Assembly: GCA_002453155.1 (NCBI GenBank)
Contig: DKGG01000011.1
Span: 32,190-96,189 of the forward strand
Length of the DNA stretch: 64,000 bases
Reading direction: 5' to 3'
Source: Bdellovibrionaceae bacterium UBA6776
GTDB taxonomy: Bacteria; Bdellovibrionota; Bdellovibrionia; Bdellovibrionales; UBA1609
In this document: piece by piece, positions 63,416-64,000 of the stretch
How positions within the stretch are numbered: position 1 is the first letter of the stretch
Layout of the letters: the number at the start of each line of letters is the position of its first letter
The notes under the pieces: model-generated
The model's input: only the letters and a program-made list of their open reading frames with translations
Told to the model about the DNA's origin: nothing
Databases searched by the model: none
Translations under genes and position numbers: made by a program

Positions 63416-64000
63416 ATGGATAAAATCTTATTTGTTGATGATAACCTTCAATATGTTTCAGATTTTGCGCAGCGCCACCGGGTGGCTTTTGATGTCCATG
63501 GCATCAACGCATCGAAACTCTTAAAAGGTCAACACCAAGTCAGCTTTGACAGCTATGATGCCATTTTGGTGGACCTTTTGATGCCAGAGATTGATGGTTT
63601 GAGTCTTTGGAAAGATCTCAGAGAAAACTCAAAAGATGTGCCCCTTGGCTTTTTGATCTCTGTCAATTACGAGCCTAAGTACAGAGAGATGGCGTTCAAG
63701 CTGGGGATGGAAGATTATCTTCACAAAGAAATGTCTGACGAAGAAATTTACTTGAGAATTCGAAATCGCATTCAGTCTCGTCGAGAAGCAAAGAGTGGTC
63801 ATGGATCGCCCCGCCAGTTCAAAAACATGGAATTTTCACCCAATGATTTTACCTGCACCATTGAGGGCGAACGTATTGGATTGACCAAGACGGAATTTCG
63901 AATTTTGCAAGAGGTGCTTTGTTCCCCAGGGGGAAGAATCCATCGAGCCGAGCTGATGGAAAAAGTGTGGTCCAATCGCTCCGTTGTAAAACAGACTTTG
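63416..64000 (+). CDS. OmpR/PhoB-type response regulator (3' end runs off the window)
   Basis: Receiver domain ILFVDDN..YDAILVDLLMPEIDG; winged helix LTKTEFRILQEVL; the frame stays open to base 64000. Confidence 0.85.
   Translation, partial: MDKILFVDDNLQYVSDFAQRHRVAFDVHGINASKLLKGQHQVSFDSYDAILVDLLMPEIDGLSLWKDLRENSKDVPLGFLISVNYEPKYREMAFKLGMEDYLHKEMSDEEIYLRIRNRIQSRREAKSGHGSPRQFKNMEFSPNDFTCTIEGERIGLTKTEFRILQEVLCSPGGRIHRAELMEKVWSNRSVVKQTL

Noticed and set aside
1-64000. Search for tRNA, rRNA, tmRNA and prophage or defence islands
   Set aside because: I recognised no cloverleaf-like or rRNA-like segments in the intergenic regions, and no phage structural, integrase, restriction-modification or Cas genes. 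A by-eye scan cannot fully exclude a small RNA gene.

Overview
The window is mostly ordinary chromosomal DNA from a moderately AT-rich Gram-negative bacterium. By impression only, the gene content resembles Bdellovibrionota or Oligoflexia. Genes are tightly packed: transporters, small redox and detoxification enzymes, and one- and two-component regulators. I saw no rRNA, tRNA or CRISPR, though I could not scan for them exhaustively by eye. I can support the following modules. (1) A five-gene minus-strand operon at 4.8-7.9 kb led by a CarH/LitR-like MerR + B12-binding regulator. (2) A DabB/DabA (PF00361 + DUF2309) inorganic-carbon pump at 9.05-13.05 kb, with a divergent wHTH regulator and a repeated ATGCATGAA motif between them. 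(3) An operon at 23.9-27.2 kb: an unannotated 39-aa ORF, an 88-aa ORF, an ABC exporter with a roughly 185-aa N-terminal extension, and a DUF1854 protein. (4) A sulfide/persulfide-type cluster at 44.1-51.9 kb (DUF302, rhodanese, SQR-like flavoprotein, two-Cys ArsR, TolC, RND, DUF2892). Its TolC-RND pair has no membrane-fusion adaptor gene. (5) The most unusual region is a roughly 3 kb accessory patch at 52.0-55.03 kb holding an orphan HNH endonuclease gene and an IS30-family element. They sit in a nest of at least 7 full or partial copies of a 120-145 bp foldback repeat. Each full copy has long self-complementary arms around an asymmetric conserved core, and the core shows compensatory base changes in two stems. 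I regard this repeat family as the best candidate for something undescribed: a structured RNA/DNA element or a MITE-like element. Three apparent frameshifts disrupt genes: an FAD monooxygenase twice and a TMEM175-type channel N-terminus once. Two lie in A-runs, so they could be assembly errors rather than biology.
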